Below, one piece after another: positions 13,493 through 27,001 of a DNA stretch of 64,000 bases. The translations under genes were made by a program, and so were the position numbers. The DNA comes from Macrostomum lignano. Taxonomy: Eukaryota. The notes beneath the pieces were generated by a model. It worked only from the letters and a program-made list of their open reading frames with translations, searched no databases and was not told the DNA's origin. Numbering within the stretch: position 1 is the first letter of the stretch; every line of letters begins with the position of its first letter. The DNA lies in contig NIVC01001216.1 in NCBI GenBank assembly GCA_002269645.1, positions 124,001 through 188,000 of the forward strand, written 5' to 3'.

Positions 13493-14976
13493 CTGTAAGA
13501 AGAAAATTGTTATAGCTATATTGGTGACGAGGGAAGAACAAAACTTTCGAGTTTAGGATTGAGTAAAGTTTACGTTTATGCTATTTCGACAGTCAATTCC
13601 TAGCAATGAATCTTCGATGAATAAACTACATGTATGCTAAATAACGCACTCGGCAAGCAAAACATTCCGAGCAAGAATTCACTTGTGATAGCATTTAAAA
13701 ATTTATATTGGATAGAATTCACGCATAAAATGTCTGAATACGAGCGTAGTTATAACAAAAAAGTTCCATGTAATGTATGACTACATCGATCTTATAGGTA
13801 GGTTGTTATTCTAAGGTAAAAATAATATAAAATATAAAAACCTATAAATAAATCCGTCAATAACATCGTTGATCTCCATTGGCCCGGCCTCTGATGCACT
13901 GCTTGCCGCTTTGGAATTTTTTTAAGAGCTGCATACATATTGCGATGCATACAACCTAGCTGTATATAGCTACTTAATCTCATGCTGAGCATGCCATTAT
14001 CCTAGCCATGCTGCCAGATGTAAAACGTGCCAGATGCTGTTCGGGCCCGTGTACGAACTTATTTCACGTGAATGCTGAATGTCTCCCTTGTGAGAAGTTT
14101 ATTACGGGCTATTATATTTGACCCTCTCTCAGTTTGACCCTCTCACAGTTTTGCTCTCTAACTAAAGCTTGGGGCGAACCTTATTTCGAATGAATGAATG
14201 GCACAATGCATCTTGTTTAATTGTTTAACGCAGAGTATATTCTGTATGCTGTCACATGTACTCTGCACTATCCAATTAGCTATATACATTCTTTGCACAA
14301 GAGAACGAATTTTCACGCAGTGACAGAACTTCGGCAGCTTCTGAATGCCCATTAGGGCCTATTAAATTAATCGGGACGCAAAAAGCACTGTAGTAGCGTA
14401 TCAGAAGAATTCGAAAAATCAAGAACCTTCGGATTGTCAAGAATAAAATTTCTTGTCTCGTTGAAATGCCTCAAAATATCGGACTGATGCATGTATAAGC
14501 GGTGAAGTTGCAGCGCATTTGTGTGGTGTTAGTTTTGGTCAAGGCTCTCGACCAGGTGCGTGAGCCCTAAATTAGGTATCCCACAGTTTTGCTCTCTAAA
14601 TAAAGCATGGAGCTCGAACCTGCAAATTAAGTGGCACAGATCCTGATAAAAACTCATGACAGACATGTGCCACAATATGTGACTGCTACTTGCTGTGGGC
14701 TGGGGCACAGCAGAACAATTATAGTTACTAATTAGTAGCATTCATTGTCTATGGCGTTGGAAATATAAGACCTAAGCAACGCACATACCCGTACTACACA
14801 CTAGGAAGAACAAAGAAATAAATACATGCTTTCTGTTAGTTTTTATTAGTCTATGGTCTGCATGTGTTCCTTTGTATTGGGCCCGCAAGACAATAGAAAT
14901 AATTAGGAAATAAATTATCTATTCACCGAGGGAAATAAATAAATACACGCGCGACATAGAAACAACGACAAATAAT

Positions 14977-15853
14977 ATAGCTTTTTGCGATTGAATCCAG
15001 CCAAACTGAAAAACCTCTCAGCCAATGGAGATTTTGCCTTCACTTCGGCGGCTTCTACCATAGACTATTTAGGACACACCGGCTAGCTGTCCCGCTCCTG
15101 TAAATGAATTCAGCCAAACTGTAAAACCTTTCAGCCAAGACTTTCAGTCAGTGATTTTCTCACACAGCTAACCGGTGTGTCCTAAACAGTCTATGGTCGT
15201 CCCGTACCGGGGACTACCGGCTGAGTCCGGAGTACTCTTGCCCCGGGTGCTTCTCCTTGGCCTGGCCCCCAATATTGAGCTGGATAGGCGATGCCCTTGG
15301 GTTGGTAGCAATAGAGGTGGTCGAAAAACCCGCCTGGAGTCTCCCCCTCGGATACAAGCCTTCCAGACTCACTCCAATAATCAAGCCATTTCCGCAGGTT
15401 TAGGAGTAACTCCTCACTCGGACCGCTTTTTCAGTAGTATCCCAAGCATTTTGCTCTCCAATTTTTCTGCGCACTCCCAAAGACTCGCTAGCTGGGGGGA
15501 TGGTCTGGGTGGATCCAGTCGTAGTACCGTCCCTGATTCCACTAATATTGGGTTGGCGGTGTCTTGTACCGTAGGCTTGAGGTCCTTCTGCTCTCCCCTG
15601 GCTTAAGTCAGGGCCCAACTAAATTGGTTCTCGGTCTTCCGAGGAGGGTATCTCGGGTCCACGAAAGTGCCCTAGGAAAGTGCCCCACAGCGGCAGAGCC
15701 CCCCCCCCCAGGGCTGATCCGCGGGTAAGCCCAGCTTCCCACCCCCGTTTAACAACAACAAATAGTCTATGGTAGAAACAGCTGAAGTGAAGGCAAAATC
15801 TCCATTGACTGAAAGGTTTTGCAGTTTGGCTGAATTCAATCGCAAAAAGCTAT
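14977..15853. mobile_element. Nested inverted-repeat element (~95-bp arms) containing a 140-bp MITE and a GC-rich insert
   Basis: Arms 14977-15070 / 15760-15853 (atagctttttgcgattgaat...ccatagactattt). Inner 33-bp IR 15058-15090 / 15164-15196. GC-rich segment 15197-15760 ends in (AAC)n. Confidence 0.65.
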
Positions 15854-16023
15854 GTATAAACAATTGAAAACTAAGCAGAAAAGTCATACTTTCCGACAAC
15901 CATGAAACAAAAATAAAGTATTTACGAACTACCCGCGATACGCATAATCTAAATCATGTATTGCTTTAAAATATCAGCAGTTAAAGCAAAACTGGGAATT
16001 TCAGTTCGTAGGAAACACAAAAT

Positions 16024-18336
16024 TCATTTAGTCTTGATCGATGACTCTACACTGCCATAGTCTGACTGCAAAGGTATCGTTTCGTGAATCTTCGTCTTCA
16101 CCGGTAGGTCCTCCCCGGAGTGCTTCGCAGCGACCTAAAAACACATGGCTTGTAAATATGACTATTTGAAAATGAAGAAATCATACAGGAAACAATGAAA
16201 GAATTCCTCTTCCTAATTTAACAAGCCTCTGGAAATTTATGCATACGTCACCTCTTCATAATGTGCCATCTGCTCCAGGGGCCTGTCCTTGGTCTCGATG
16301 GGCAGCAGAGCGGCGCTGACGGCAGCCAGCGCCACAATGCCCGAGAAGATGAACAGCCCGCCCAGAAGCGACACGCGAATGATGAACATTTGGGCCACGA
16401 ACGGCATCAGAACCGACGCGATGCGGCTAAACGACGAGAGAAATGCTGAGGCTGTCGATCGGAGAGAAGTCGGATAGGCCTCGAGAACGTACAGCCAGAT
16501 CGTTTGGTACCCGCTGGTTATTGCGAAACGGATGGCGAAGAACAAAGCGATTCTGACGGCGCTGTGCATGCAGAAGGCCAGCAGAGGGATTAAGACTGAG
16601 GCAGCGCTGAAAGCAACCGTCATGGTGAGCCGACGGCCGAAGGAGCGTTCGATGAAGAACGCGTTTAAAATTGCCGTAGCAAGATCGGCCAGAGTTGGGA
16701 TCTTAAATTTATTGGGCAAATAAAATTTTCAGGCCTTGAGCAGAACAAAACTTAAGCTTCGTATCAAGCTTACCAGCAGCTCGAAGTAGCGAATAGGATC
16801 GCATTTGTAGCAGGTGCGCTCAGAAAGAGCTTTAACATAGATAATCGATATTTTTGTGGTGTTACTGGGTGCTGCACACTGTTCTTGCAGCAGTAGCGGC
16901 ACCTGCACATTCAACAGAACTGTTCCGTAGTAGTTGAACCCAGCGGCAAATGCAATGACTGCCAGCTGCAGGCTCATCCGCAAGAATTGTTGTTGTCGGA
17001 ACAGCTCTATGACGCTGCCTCGCACCTCGGTAGGTTGCCAGTCTGAGGCTAAGAAGTCACCATGGTATCGAGGCTGGGAATTTGTATCCGTAATTTTATT
17101 CAGCGCTTGACGAGTGTCTTCAATTCGACCCTGTAAATTATTAGGCACGCGATGTTCTGTTGGTCATATAAACAGATATTTGAAAAATAATGAGAATATT
17201 TAAACACTCGAGCGTATTACTTGAAGCAGAGTCTGTCTGGGCGATACAGGAAGCCAAAGTAGCCAGGGAAAGGTTAAGAGTAACAATGGCAGAGCTGTGA
17301 CCACGGCCAGGTAGCACCAGCCCTGAGGCAGCGCAAGCAGAACCCATGCCATGCCAATTTCTGATAGGGAGCCGAAACACCAGAGTGTCTGTCATGCACG
17401 TAGTATTCGGATATTTTACATTTGTTTGTGATGCGCCTATTAATTATAAAGTAAATGTAAGTATCAGTAGATTTGTCACCTGATATGCAAACCAAGCCGG
17501 GCCCCGTTGGTGCGTGGTCATGAACTCACCGAGCAAGGACTCAGTGAGCGGCTGCGCGCCTCCAACGCCAACGCCGACCAGGAACCGGAGCACGACCATC
17601 CAGATAATGTTTGGGGCCAGAGAGGTCAGGCAACCGTAGAAAACGATGCAGCCCATGCAGATTCCGTCGACAGAGCGACGACAGAGTTTGTCACCGAGCG
17701 GACCCCAAAGGTAGGCGCCAGCAAGCATGCCGATAAAGGTAGCCGAAGTCATGCAAGATTTCCAAAAATCGTTAATCCGCCAGACGCACTGCAGCTGCTG
17801 GCCGACAAAGGTGGCGTACTGGATCTGCATCGTGTTGCAAGCCTGTATCAGGCCGCACAATATGATCACGATTACCTGAGGATGAGAAATCTTTACTGCT
17901 TAGAATTAACGCGTCAGAAATGACTGACTTACTGATTGACTAACTGACTGACTGACTGACTGACTGACTGACTGACTGACTGACTGACTGACTGACTGAC
18001 CCACTGACTGACTGACTGACTGACTGACTGACCGACTGACTGACTGACTGACTGACTGACTGACTGACTGACTGGCTGACCGATATTTTTATACGAGTAT
18101 GTTCTAGGAACTTTTCTTTTTGGATGCAGCATTCAAATTCTAATATTCTGGTAAGTAATTCTACTCACTGAAGTCTAATATTCGTTAACTGCAAGTTTAT
18201 TTGAGCAATTTTTCATTAAATGCAAAGCTTTTGTCACCTGAAAACGACCAAATCCGATGCCATCGATAACAGCGTTGATTTCTTTCGCTTTCTTTTCAAT
18301 TGCACTACGCTTAGTATTATTGCTATTTGGCCGCAT
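16024..18336 (-). CDS. SVOP/SV2-related MFS transporter (paralog C), 6 exons, ~526 aa
   Basis: Exons 18336-18238, 17875-17480, 17388-17221, 17130-16774, 16701-16252, 16134-16024. GT-AG, phase 0. Exon 2/3/5/6 lengths (396/168/450/111) are identical to paralogs B and D. Confidence 0.9.
17921..18080. repeat. (ACTG)n microsatellite in intron 1 of paralog C
   Basis: Direct tetranucleotide run. Confidence 0.97.
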
Positions 18337-19550
18337 TCTTAGAGGTTATTCTCTATTGTCCATGCCTTGCACGAGATCTCTTTTGGAGAGGTAAAACAGC
18401 ACCGCTAGCTTTATCTGCCCTGTCTGTGTCTGGATAGAGTTTGCATTCTTCTTTTCAGCCAAGGCTAAACGTGCCCAGTGATGTCCATTTGCTCGTGTCG
18501 TCTGGAATTTTCTACACAGTCTCTTCTCTGTCTGCATCTGTCCCTATTTCTCAATCTATTCCATTTTTCAGATTGCCCTTACTGCCCTGCCCCTATACTT
18601 GTTCGCTAGATAAGAAAAACCTAGATTGTCTAGCCTACGGTGCGTGTTCTTTTCAGGAAATTCAGTTAAACAGTTTACATTTTACCCTCGTAGCAAAGCA
18701 TTTCTTGGTTACGAACTCTGTACAGTATGAAACCTTATCCGTAAAGAGTAACGGAGTAACGGAGCGACGCTTTTTGTTATTTATACTATTATTTATTTCT
18801 ACTACAATTATTTCTTTATGTTACTCCGTTTTTTCATTTTTAAGGAAGTGCGCCCTTAAAAACGCTTTCAACATGTTTCAACGGAAGCTACTTTTTTATA
18901 ACAATGCCGAGATTAGGATTCGAGACCCCTATTGCAACCCGTTGATTGCTACTCAGGCGGACAGGTAACAACTGCAGATAATTCCTATAAACTATTAGTC
19001 CAGGAAGAACCCAAAAACATGTTTATGCCCCCCCAATGAGAACAACAATAACGCATATCGAATCCAGTAATGTAACTTAAAACTTCTTCCGCACATCAGA
19101 AACGAGAAAACGACTAAAAAGACGGGCACCCCTCCCAAGGAGGGAGACACCCTTCCAAGGAGGGAGATACACCCTTCCACGGAGGGAGACACAGACTTCC
19201 AAGGACAGAGACGCACCTTTTTAAGGACAGAGACACAGCGTTTTAAGGACGGAGACACAACCTTCCAAGCAGGGAGACACCTTTCCATGCTAGTAACAGG
19301 ACAGGCGTTAGTCTTGGGCTAAACCCACTCCTCGCCAGCGCCAGCGCGTTGGTCACGGATCATGTTTGGGGATGGTCAGCTCGTCCATCCTTTTCACGCA
19401 GACAGAGGCGCTACTTCCGCACTTCTTTAAAGTGTCAGCAGAAGGTTACACACTGCGACGCTGTTTCCTGCCTTAAGCCGCAAAAGATATCGTGCAAATT
19501 GTTCAACAAATCAGGCAAATTGGGATCGAACACCACACGCATTTTCTCCT

Positions 19551-19742
19551 GCCATAGAACTAATGGTTCTGTCTATAAATTTGAGGGTAGGAATGAGTGG
19601 AGTACGAGTTCTACGAAGCAGACCAATGAGTGCGCCTCATTCCTACCCGGAAATCCAAAGGCAGAACTGTGTTGTCCCACGATTTTGCGGGCCGCACGGC
19701 CCTTGGAGTCGTCAGTGTCTGCCTGTGATTTTAGTCTATGGC
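19551..19742. mobile_element. Short element bounded by CCATAGA/TCTATGG inverted ends
   Basis: gccatagaactaa (19551) versus ttagtctatggc (19731-19742). Confidence 0.4.
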
Positions 19743-20817
19743 ATTTTTTATCAAGTGTAGAAAAAATATAATTTTAACAGTATAATTATAACAATATAAA
19801 ACAGCATAAAAAACAAAAGAAAATTTATAAACAAAAGCAGTTAGTTCGCTGTTGCTATGCCAAAAAGCTTTAGTGTTAAAAGTAGAAGCTGAGTCGCACA
19901 TCATCCTTTTCAAGCACGGCGATTGGCTTCTGCGCGTTAGTTAATGGTGTAGCAGCTACAGCCGACGGTACAACGGTTACGGCTTTTTTAATGAGGAGGC
20001 AGCATCTGACAGGGAATCTCCATTTAGAGCGATGCAAAGCGAGTCGGAAATGTTTTGCTTCCGCTTCTCAGAAATTCTGCTGACATAGCGCTCCATAGCC
20101 GCGTCGCTCCCATGCCCTGTGAAATGGTGATAGATTTGAAAATCTATCTATGTACCTTGAGATGAGATAATTCTATGCATAACAATACGACGTACCTGTT
20201 ACGGATTTGATCTCCTGCAGACTGTGTTCGGCTTCCGTCAGGTTAGTTACGACTGTTGCACGAATGCAATGGTTGGTGTATTGAAGCTGCAGACCAGCGC
20301 GTTTTGAGATCCTCTTCATCATGTCGAATAGCGTGTTTTTTCCAAGAACCTGCTTGGGTGATTACCAAAATAGCAGAATCAGGCCTGAACTTTATTGGCT
20401 TCGGAAACAAAACATCAATTCCTGGTGGACGCTTTGAGAGCTACAGGCACAGAATATACATAGAATGGCGAATCGGCAGTTCTCTATGAAAGCGAAAATA
20501 AATGCGCTTGCACTACTAACGTTGTGAAGCTGATAAGTAGCTGCGTTTTTTGAACGCAAAGTTGAATGTAAAAGTTGAGCTCAAGACAGCCTTTGAAAGC
20601 CTTAAGTCGTCGTTTTGACGCTGCAGATGAATGCTGCATTATTCTTGTAATTAATTTGGTCATAACGGTGCGTGCGAAAAGTCATGAGCAGTAGTAACAA
20701 CTGTTATAACCTCATTGCCATGTAAATGTAAGCTAAAAGACAAACATATAACAACAGGTTAAGTTTTAGCGCTGCACGCAAGGCAGGAAATGCCAGACGC
20801 AACAGAAATAGCAAATC

Positions 20818-21330
20818 TCATGCAATCACACTCATCCTCTTGAACTTCCTCAATTGCTCATTGCAAAATGCTCGCCCGCGCTTTCTCTCCTGAGCCGCAA
20901 TCCTGCGCCCATTGCACCAATGGTGCAAGCGCAGCCTCGCAATGCCCATCACGCATCTCTCTGAGTGCTCAGCGCAATGAGTCACAATAATTGGCCTGAT
21001 GCAATCGGCCAATAATTTGCTGATTCTGTGTGACACACCAGCATGCATGAACTCTGTCACTTCTAGCAATTTGAATTGGCGTTCCATCTCAGTGACAGCT
21101 CTGATAACTGCTCTGCTTGGGGTGACTAAGCTGTCATCCCGCTTGCACTTCAGTCGCAGGAAGAGTGTCCGAATTGCTTTTCCTTCAGTTCCTGCTGGAA
21201 CACCTTACACTTGCACTCGGTTTTAAAGAAGCGGAACAGCAACCAACCGCCGACATATGCGCACTTCTCGTGATCTAAGTCATCCGATGTAGCAAAGAGC
21301 TCATCACCTGCTTCTGTGAGATCTGAGTCA
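20818..21330 (-). pseudogene. Possible P-element/THAP9-type transposase C-terminal remnant
   Basis: HEKCAYVGGWLLFRFFKTECKCKVF and HCAEH...IARLRLHHWCN resemble the Y.AG(Y/F)...C..C and H...RLHH motifs I associate with P-superfamily C-termini; interrupted by stops. Recognition by eye only. Confidence 0.4.
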
Positions 21331-22400
21331 CAAGTGTTAATGCTCGGCGGACACTTGCCGGCGTAGTTGGGGCATCTGTACGCAGCGCACTGAAGCCTTG
21401 AAACAGTATCACAATAAGCTGCGTATTCAAACTCTATGCCTTCGGTATTAGCACTTTTGAAGCCAGACCTAGCTTCAGGAGCACCAGCTTGGGCCATAGA
21501 GAATGCAATACAGCAAAGACAGGCTAGCGCGATCAATAATGCATTTGACCTGCATGCTTTCACGCCACGAGCTCGTGCTTGAACGCCCAAGGCATGCTGT
21601 CTATGGCACTAACTTAAAGCGCAGCAGAAGGCAGGGCCAGCCTTAAGGTAGTTTCTAAAAATAGCACAGTTTAGAAGGGGGTGGGTTGGTTCATCAAGCC
21701 TTCCTATATTCTGTGGGACAAACCCGCAATAATGGCAAAGAATAGGTAAAGTGCCATTCAGCCTACTTAGTTTCTACTTAGAGTAGCCAGTATAGAATAT
21801 CATTCTTGTGCAAGAAATTTTCTCAAAATGCGGGATTCGCCATTCTGTGTATATTCTGTGGCTACAGGTCCACCGCTGCCACTGCATGGACAATTTGGGC
21901 TTTGTTTGCTGAATATTCTTATCTGCTTGCTTGTCGTGCATTTGCCACGGTCCTCGGCAGTGATAGTCTTCTCTGGACCAGCTTGAATCTTATCAATGTA
22001 CCTTGTACCATTGACCACTGAGAACTTTAGTTACGACACCTTCATGCCCCTAACCCATTCACGACTTCAAAACCCGAAATGATAGACATTATTAAAGAAG
22101 ACTTCATCCTGAAGCCGCCCTGGATCCCGTCAATTGAAGTATTGCTTCAGAAGGATCATGTCCAACTCCTTGATCCTTTTGAATCCAGGTTGCTCGCCCG
22201 AAGTTCGCTCTCTTAGCTGGCAACAAACTGACTCTTAGCACGCAGCAATATGTTCCATTACTCAGCCTGAATGCTTCGTTGCCAATGACATCAATGGCGC
22301 GTGTCTCCTTTACAAATCGGTGAAGCCACTAGTAGCCCGAAAGCCACTAATCATATCTGGTGCATAGGTCTTTGTTCCAAGCGCAGGATTAGCTCGCAGA

Positions 22401-23419
22401 CAGGGAAGCCTCTATGGTCGCTGAGCTCCCCAGGAAGGGACACTCACCCGCCCCACCCCACTCCGCTATACAAAAATTTAGGGGAATGGCATAGAATATG
22501 AAATGATGCCGCTGCTTATCGATTTCTCGCTAGAGCAGTTGGTACGCGAACTTTTGTAACACCTCTCGTATTTCATAGCTTGCTAACTGGAAAAAAGAAT
22601 GTATACACAGCCGGAGCTTCTGGAAAATGGATCTCTGCAATTCCCCGAAAGTGGACAGCAGCAGAGTTGGAGAAGTTGCGCTGCGATCCAAAGCACAACT
22701 ACCGGATCTGCTCGCTGCATTTTTCGGAAAGGTTCTTTGTAACAAACTCTCAGTACTCCAACTCCATCCGTAAGCGCTCCGCATTTGCATATGCAGATGG
22801 ACAAGCAAAGAAGCTGAAAAATCGACGGTTGGTTCACTTCTGATGCCGTACCCAGCATCTTTCCAAACGCGCCATCCTACTTCATCGAAACTGTTCCTGA
22901 GAAGCGACCTACCACAATGACATCTGTTCAGACTCGGCGAGAGAGTACCATGCGTCGCTGCGAGGATGAGGCACAAACATTTTGAAGTCAAAACTATCTG
23001 AGAAATGAGCTATAGCTCTGATGTATACTCTTAGTAGACTTTGCTTTTGTTTTATAGAGTCATACTCGTACAAAGTGCTATTTTCATACAGCTTGCCCCA
23101 GCAATTTTCTGCTCTGTAGGGTAAGTTAATTTCACTCTCTTTTGCTTAATTATCACCTAAGGGTAACCATTTTATTTTTTATTTCATATGTTTGCATGGC
23201 CTGAAGGGTTGTAAAGTATTTTTCTCGCACTAACAAAACGGAAGTTTTTTGAAAAATACCTTGGAGACCTAAAGTTCTGAATGTTTTGCGTTGAATAGTG
23301 CAAACCGCATCTTTCTATGACTTTTAGTTAAAAAGTTATCAACCATAGAAATGAAAAAACGTTGCATTTTCCACTAGTGTCCTTTCCTGGGGAGCGCAGC
23401 GACCATAGAGGCTTCCCTG
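22401..23419 (+). mobile_element. P-element superfamily (Galileo-like) non-autonomous element with THAP-domain remnant
   Basis: ~44-bp TIRs CAGGGAAGCCTCTATGGTCGC... (22401) / ...GCGACCATAGAGGCTTCCCTG (23419), 7-bp TSD TCGCAGA (22394-22400, 23420-23426). ORF 22580-22843 has THAP motifs WISAIPRK and RICSLHF. Confidence 0.88.
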
Positions 23420-23844
23420 TCGCAGACTTACCTACCAGAGGCGCAAATAACCGTCTAAGTAGCGAAGTGGCATCACCTCGATGTCGTCGGGCAGGTTTTT
23501 CTCTCGAAGAAATTTCCTAAATCGAGCAACGTGATTTTTAGTTGTTGCTAAAGTAGATTGAGACTTCGATGACAATTCGGCTCCTTTGGGTTCTCTCGCC
23601 AGTTGAATGACTGGGGCCTGGGCCGCGCAGCAGATGCCCTCTCATCAGTTCCGCTGGTGACATGCCAGTTGCTGAATGCTTTGAATTTCTATATTGTAGC
23701 AAAAACATGTCAATACTGGCTTACATGTCATTCTGGTCAAAGGCTGCGTGAAGATTTTTTATGTCCCGGATTTTTTTATCTTTCCGCTATGCAATTTGAG
23801 CGAGGATGGTACGGTGGCATCAAAAGATGTTTACAGCCAATTGC

Positions 23845-24833
23845 TCAGAACCAGGTTTCTATCTCTTTCGAGACAAACTGAGGTCCGTTGTCCGAGACAA
23901 TGACAGACTCACTCCTGACAATGACAATGATAATGACAATGACTCCCTCCTGAGCAAATGTGCGACGGAGTCGAAGAATCGTGTCGTCGGTGGTGATTGA
24001 ACTCATCAGATGGACCTCCGCCCACTTGCTGTAAGCATCAATCATGATCAAGCAGAATTTGCCGTTATTTAAGGGGCCAGCGAAGTCGATGTGCACGCGC
24101 CCCCGGAGGCCATGAAACCCAGCCTCCTGTCGTGTGATCCTTTTGCATCTGACAGTTTGTGCATGGTTTGGCTTTGAGTTCAATGTCCGGGTCGATTGAA
24201 GGCCACCGCACGCACTGTCGAGCTATGGATTTCATATTATGGGCCCCCAGATGTCCATCATGAAGTTTGCTCAGAACATACGGTCCACGCAACGACATTG
24301 GGACCACAATTCCGATTCCTTTAAACAGAATTCCACAATCGATAGAAAACTCCGCGTGAAGCTTTGAGAAGTCTCTCGCTTGAGTCCTCCCTCTTTCAGT
24401 CCATCCGTACAATGGAAAATGCAGTATCGTGTCTTGCACAGAGCTTACATCAAACTGTTATGACTCGGTGCATGTTGACTCCAACCTTGATAGAGCGTCG
24501 GCCACCAGGATCTCTTCCAATCGGCGAAACTCGACTTCATAACTGTTAGACATAGAGCAATGGCCCATCTCTAAATCCGGGCTGATGCCACAGTGCTGAT
24601 GATTTTTTTCCGGATCGAAATATACTTTAATAAATGATGGTCCGTCAGCAGTGTGAACTTGCGTCCATACAGATATTTGTGAAAGCGCTTGACAGCCCAG
24701 ATAATGGTCAAACCATCACGTTCGGTCTGTGCATAGTTCCTCTCAGCTCTGCTTGGCTCAGTGTTTTGGAGATGAAGAGTAGTGTTCCGCTGCTCTGCTC
24801 GAGCACAGCCCCAATGCCATACGGTGATGCGAT
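23845..24833 (-). mobile_element. Ty3/gypsy RNase H-integrase remnant (frameshifted)
   Basis: [10 protein letters not shown]; AERNYAQTE...[21 protein letters not shown] (RNase H); HDGHLG...WP.ID..C.NCQ (HHCC); HIDFAGP...IDAYSKW...IVSDNGPQF (integrase core). Confidence 0.92.
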
Positions 24834-24835
24834 AC

Positions 24836-27001
24836 ACAGGACACAGTGTACGCTGTGTACCCCTGGGGGTGTGTGCACGTTAAGGGGGTTGTCGCAAATA
24901 GTTGCAAATAAGAAAAATATACGCGTCTCGGCTTGTAAGCCGGCACATTTTCTAGTATTGACAAACTACGCGTTTTTTAGGTCTTCACATTGGTGGCAGC
25001 GTGTTATGTCCAGTGACGAATCGTCCCCTGCGCTACGCCAGTCGCATGAGTGCAGGCTGAATCGTAGTTTTGGTGAAGACGTGTCCCTGCCAGCTTGGAT
25101 TGCGTTCCGAGAGCATGTGGGCCTAGTCATTAAGGCCAACACTATGGGGACACGTTGAGGTCCCGCGTTCTGTGGAAGTTCATCTCGAATATCCAAAATG
25201 CAGAAGTACGCAAGGAAGTGCTTAGTCAGGGTTGGATGCAATCAGACGGACGGGCAGCAAAGACCTACGATGAAGTTTTGAAGGTGGCCTAAGCGGCGGA
25301 AGCGATGCTGCGGATCGGTTGTGGTGTTGAAGTGGCGGAACCGTCCGGCATTGTGGCCGCAGTTGAAGCCCTGACGCAGAAGGTCAACAGCTGGACTGGC
25401 CGCCATGGACAGCGCCCAACGGCGGCGCGGGCGATGGTGGACGCGTTGACTGCTGGTACTGCCGCGCACCCATCGCTGGGGATGGCAAAAGTGCTTCAAG
25501 CGACTAAGGGAGAATCCAAGCTGGCGGCCGGCATCGGCACCTGGGAGAGCGAATGTGGTGAGTGCAGATGGGATGTCTGGGGTTCACATTATGGCTTTTA
25601 ACAATGTTGGGGCATGCACGCACGATTCTTCGTTTGTCCGGTTTGAGAGCTCACCCGGCCGGAGCATGATTCGGAGCCCGTACACGGACATCCGAACGGG
25701 CAGTAGGTCAGTGATAAGCTTAATTGACACAGGGGCCGACTACAGCATCATTAGTGAAGAGCTGAGCAAGCAGTTGGGGGCAAAATTAGTACACCACTTG
25801 CCACAGACATCGTTGCAGAGTGTGAACGGAGGACTGTTGAGTCTTAGGGGTGAGGCTTTTCTGCCGTTTGATATTGGTGGTCGGAGGTTAGAGCATGAGT
25901 TCTTGGTGGTCAGCAACATGGTGGTTCCGTCGATTTTTGGAGTGGACTTGCTTTGTAAGCTGGGGAACCTGACTTTTGATCTTAAAAACTCAACGCTTAC
26001 TATTGAGGCGACGCATCAAGTCGTCCCTCTGTTGAAATCTCCCAGTCGGCAAGACTTTAGTTCCTGCATGCTTTTGACGGCGGAAAAGACGTCGCTGCCG
26101 CCGAGGACAGAGGCTCTAGTTGAGTGTCATGCTTCTCACTTAAGTGCCGGTCTGGCCTACTTGGTTGATATAACGACGACGAGAATGATTCTGCATTGAT
26201 GGTCACTACATCGGTTGGCTGTGAGCTTGATAGAAGGGTAGCGGTCCTTTCTTCGGAATGGGTCTGAGGATGTTGTCGAGGTGCCGTCCGGCGTTCCCGT
26301 TGCCCGAACCTCCGCAGTGGCGTCAGTGAGCTTGGCTTCGACGAAAATAACAAGGTCACCACCTGCAAACGGAAAACGTTTCCTACAAGGTGAACCCAGA
26401 TCTCACAGGTCAGCAGCAAGAGGAAATTAATGCTCTCTTAGAAGAGTTTGATGACGTGTGATGTGAAAGGAGGGCGAGAGCTTGCCATTAGTTGATGTTC
26501 GGGTGCAGCACATGATACAGCTGAAGCCAGAGGCCGTCCCCTTTCACGCAAAAGCGCGCCGGCTCTCTCCCACTGAGGAAGAGGAAGTGCGGCGTGAGAT
26601 CGAGAAGCTAGCGGACACTGGGCTGATACGGCCGAGCTCGTCACCCTGGGCCGCTCCGATCGTTTGCGCCAGGAAGAAAGGTGGACGGCTCAGGCTTGCC
26701 ATAAACTATCGAGGGCTCAATGCAAGGTCCCTACGACCATGCATCCACTGCCGCACATCGAGGATTTGATTGACAGGCTAGGGGGAAGGTAGCTATTTCT
26801 CGACGCTGGATGCCAAGTCCGGGTACTATCAGATGCCGCTGCGGGACGAGGATAAGCATCTAACTAGGTTTGTGGTACCATGGGGTCAGTATCAATGGGA
26901 GAGAGGTTTTCGGTTTGGCTTGTCGGGTATGCCGTCCAGTTTTCAGCGGTTAATGAGCGTCGTTTTGGGGGATCTTATGTTTAGGGACGCATTGTGTTAC
27001 A
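24836..27001 (+). mobile_element. Ty3/gypsy 5' part: LTR (5'-clipped), PBS, gag, protease, truncated RT
   Basis: LTR ends ...TTCACA at 24989; PBS-like TGGTGGCAGCG at 24991; protease LIDTGADYS; RT SSSPWAAPIV, LDAKSGYYQMPL, FGL...PSSFQRLM, ending at ALCYI just before the catalytic DD. Confidence 0.9.

Noticed and set aside
15600-15760. HDV-like or hammerhead ribozyme call
   Set aside because: A CCTCCTCG loop-like motif is present on the minus strand but I could not build the required pseudoknot helices; kept only as something to scan.
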